In this document: positions 63,301-64,000 of the stretch, piece by piece | How the letters are laid out: each line of letters starts with the position of its first letter | How positions within the stretch are numbered: position 1 is the stretch's first letter | NCBI GenBank assembly: GCA_028534125.1 | Contig: CM052817.1 | Span: 78,184,001-78,248,000 of the forward strand | DNA from: Lama glama | Taxonomy: Eukaryota | Length of the DNA stretch: 64,000 nt | Reading direction: 5' to 3' | The notes under the pieces: generated by a model | The model's input: the letters and a program-made list of their open reading frames with translations, nothing else | What the model was told of the DNA's origin: nothing | Databases searched by the model: none | Translations under genes and position numbers: made by a program

Positions 63301-64000
63301 TCACTGGGTGTTACGTTGGTCTGGGTAGTGTGGCTTCTCAGCTGGTCTCTACAAGCATATTTTGCTCCTTGTATTGATGTGATCTCAGTGTCTTTGTCGG
63401 GGAACAAGGGCCTGAAACTTCCTAGTTTGTCATCTTGTTTCCAGTGTCACTTTTATAACCCAACTACAAAAATATTTTCAGTAAGTACTTATTAAATTGA
63501 ATTGAATTTCCTTGGCAGTCCTTGCCTTAAAAACACTTATAAAAAACTAGGGAAGAAAAATTCACACTGGAATTAGAATATTGTAGCCAAATGAACTATA
63601 TAAAATTGAATGTAAAAGAAAATGTGCGGTCTGGTGGTGGTGGTAGGGGGAAACCTACCATTCTTTATAGATGATTTCAACTTGGTATTATTACCACTGA
63701 ACACTTCCTGATGGAGCTCATGGGTAAGGGTTAAGAAACTAGAGATAATGTATGTTTTTACTCGATAAAAATAAAATTACATCAATATTATCACCTCATT
63801 AAGTCTGATTCCATGTTCAAATGTCACAGGTAACCAAAGCAAGCTCTCCCCTCGATGGCTTAAATGCAGACAGTGTTCAACATTCATCTTAAATAGTAAA
63901 ACTTAAGCCCAAGGATATTCCTTTATGACTTTGGACTTTGGAGAGATTCATATTTCAGCCCAAAGCGGGGTATTATTGATTGATTTACTACTGCAAAGAG

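Noticed and set aside
1..64000. CRISPR arrays, rRNA genes or prokaryotic operons
   Set aside because: Mammalian DNA; no regularly spaced repeats or rRNA-like sequence seen

Overview
AT-rich mammalian genomic DNA, probably camelid: it carries several tRNA-derived Vic-1-type SINEs and cetartiodactyl-type L1 3' ends. It is dense in eutherian repeats (L1, L2, MIR, MLT1, MER and Tigger, solo LTRs). I find no intact protein-coding gene; the ORF track is almost all noise apart from L1 ORF2 fragments. Reading the non-repeat DNA for splice sites and translating through stops reveals four decayed, intron-containing (unprocessed) genes. (1) A + strand REM + CDC25/RasGEF gene, about 219-33467. (2) A - strand multi-ZP-N, ZPAX/ZPY-like zona pellucida gene, about 7561-20863, whose exons interleave with the RasGEF exons. 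(3) A - strand ZP3-like gene, about 33204-35299. (4) A - strand ZP1/ZP2/ZP4-like ZP-module gene, about 38100-44997. Together these look like the fossil of a three-gene egg-coat (ZP) cluster lying antisense to a lost RasGEF gene. A small CpG island at about 62.2-62.5 kb may be a promoter. All homology calls are by-eye comparisons with remembered family consensus motifs, not computed alignments, and need HMM or tBLASTn confirmation.
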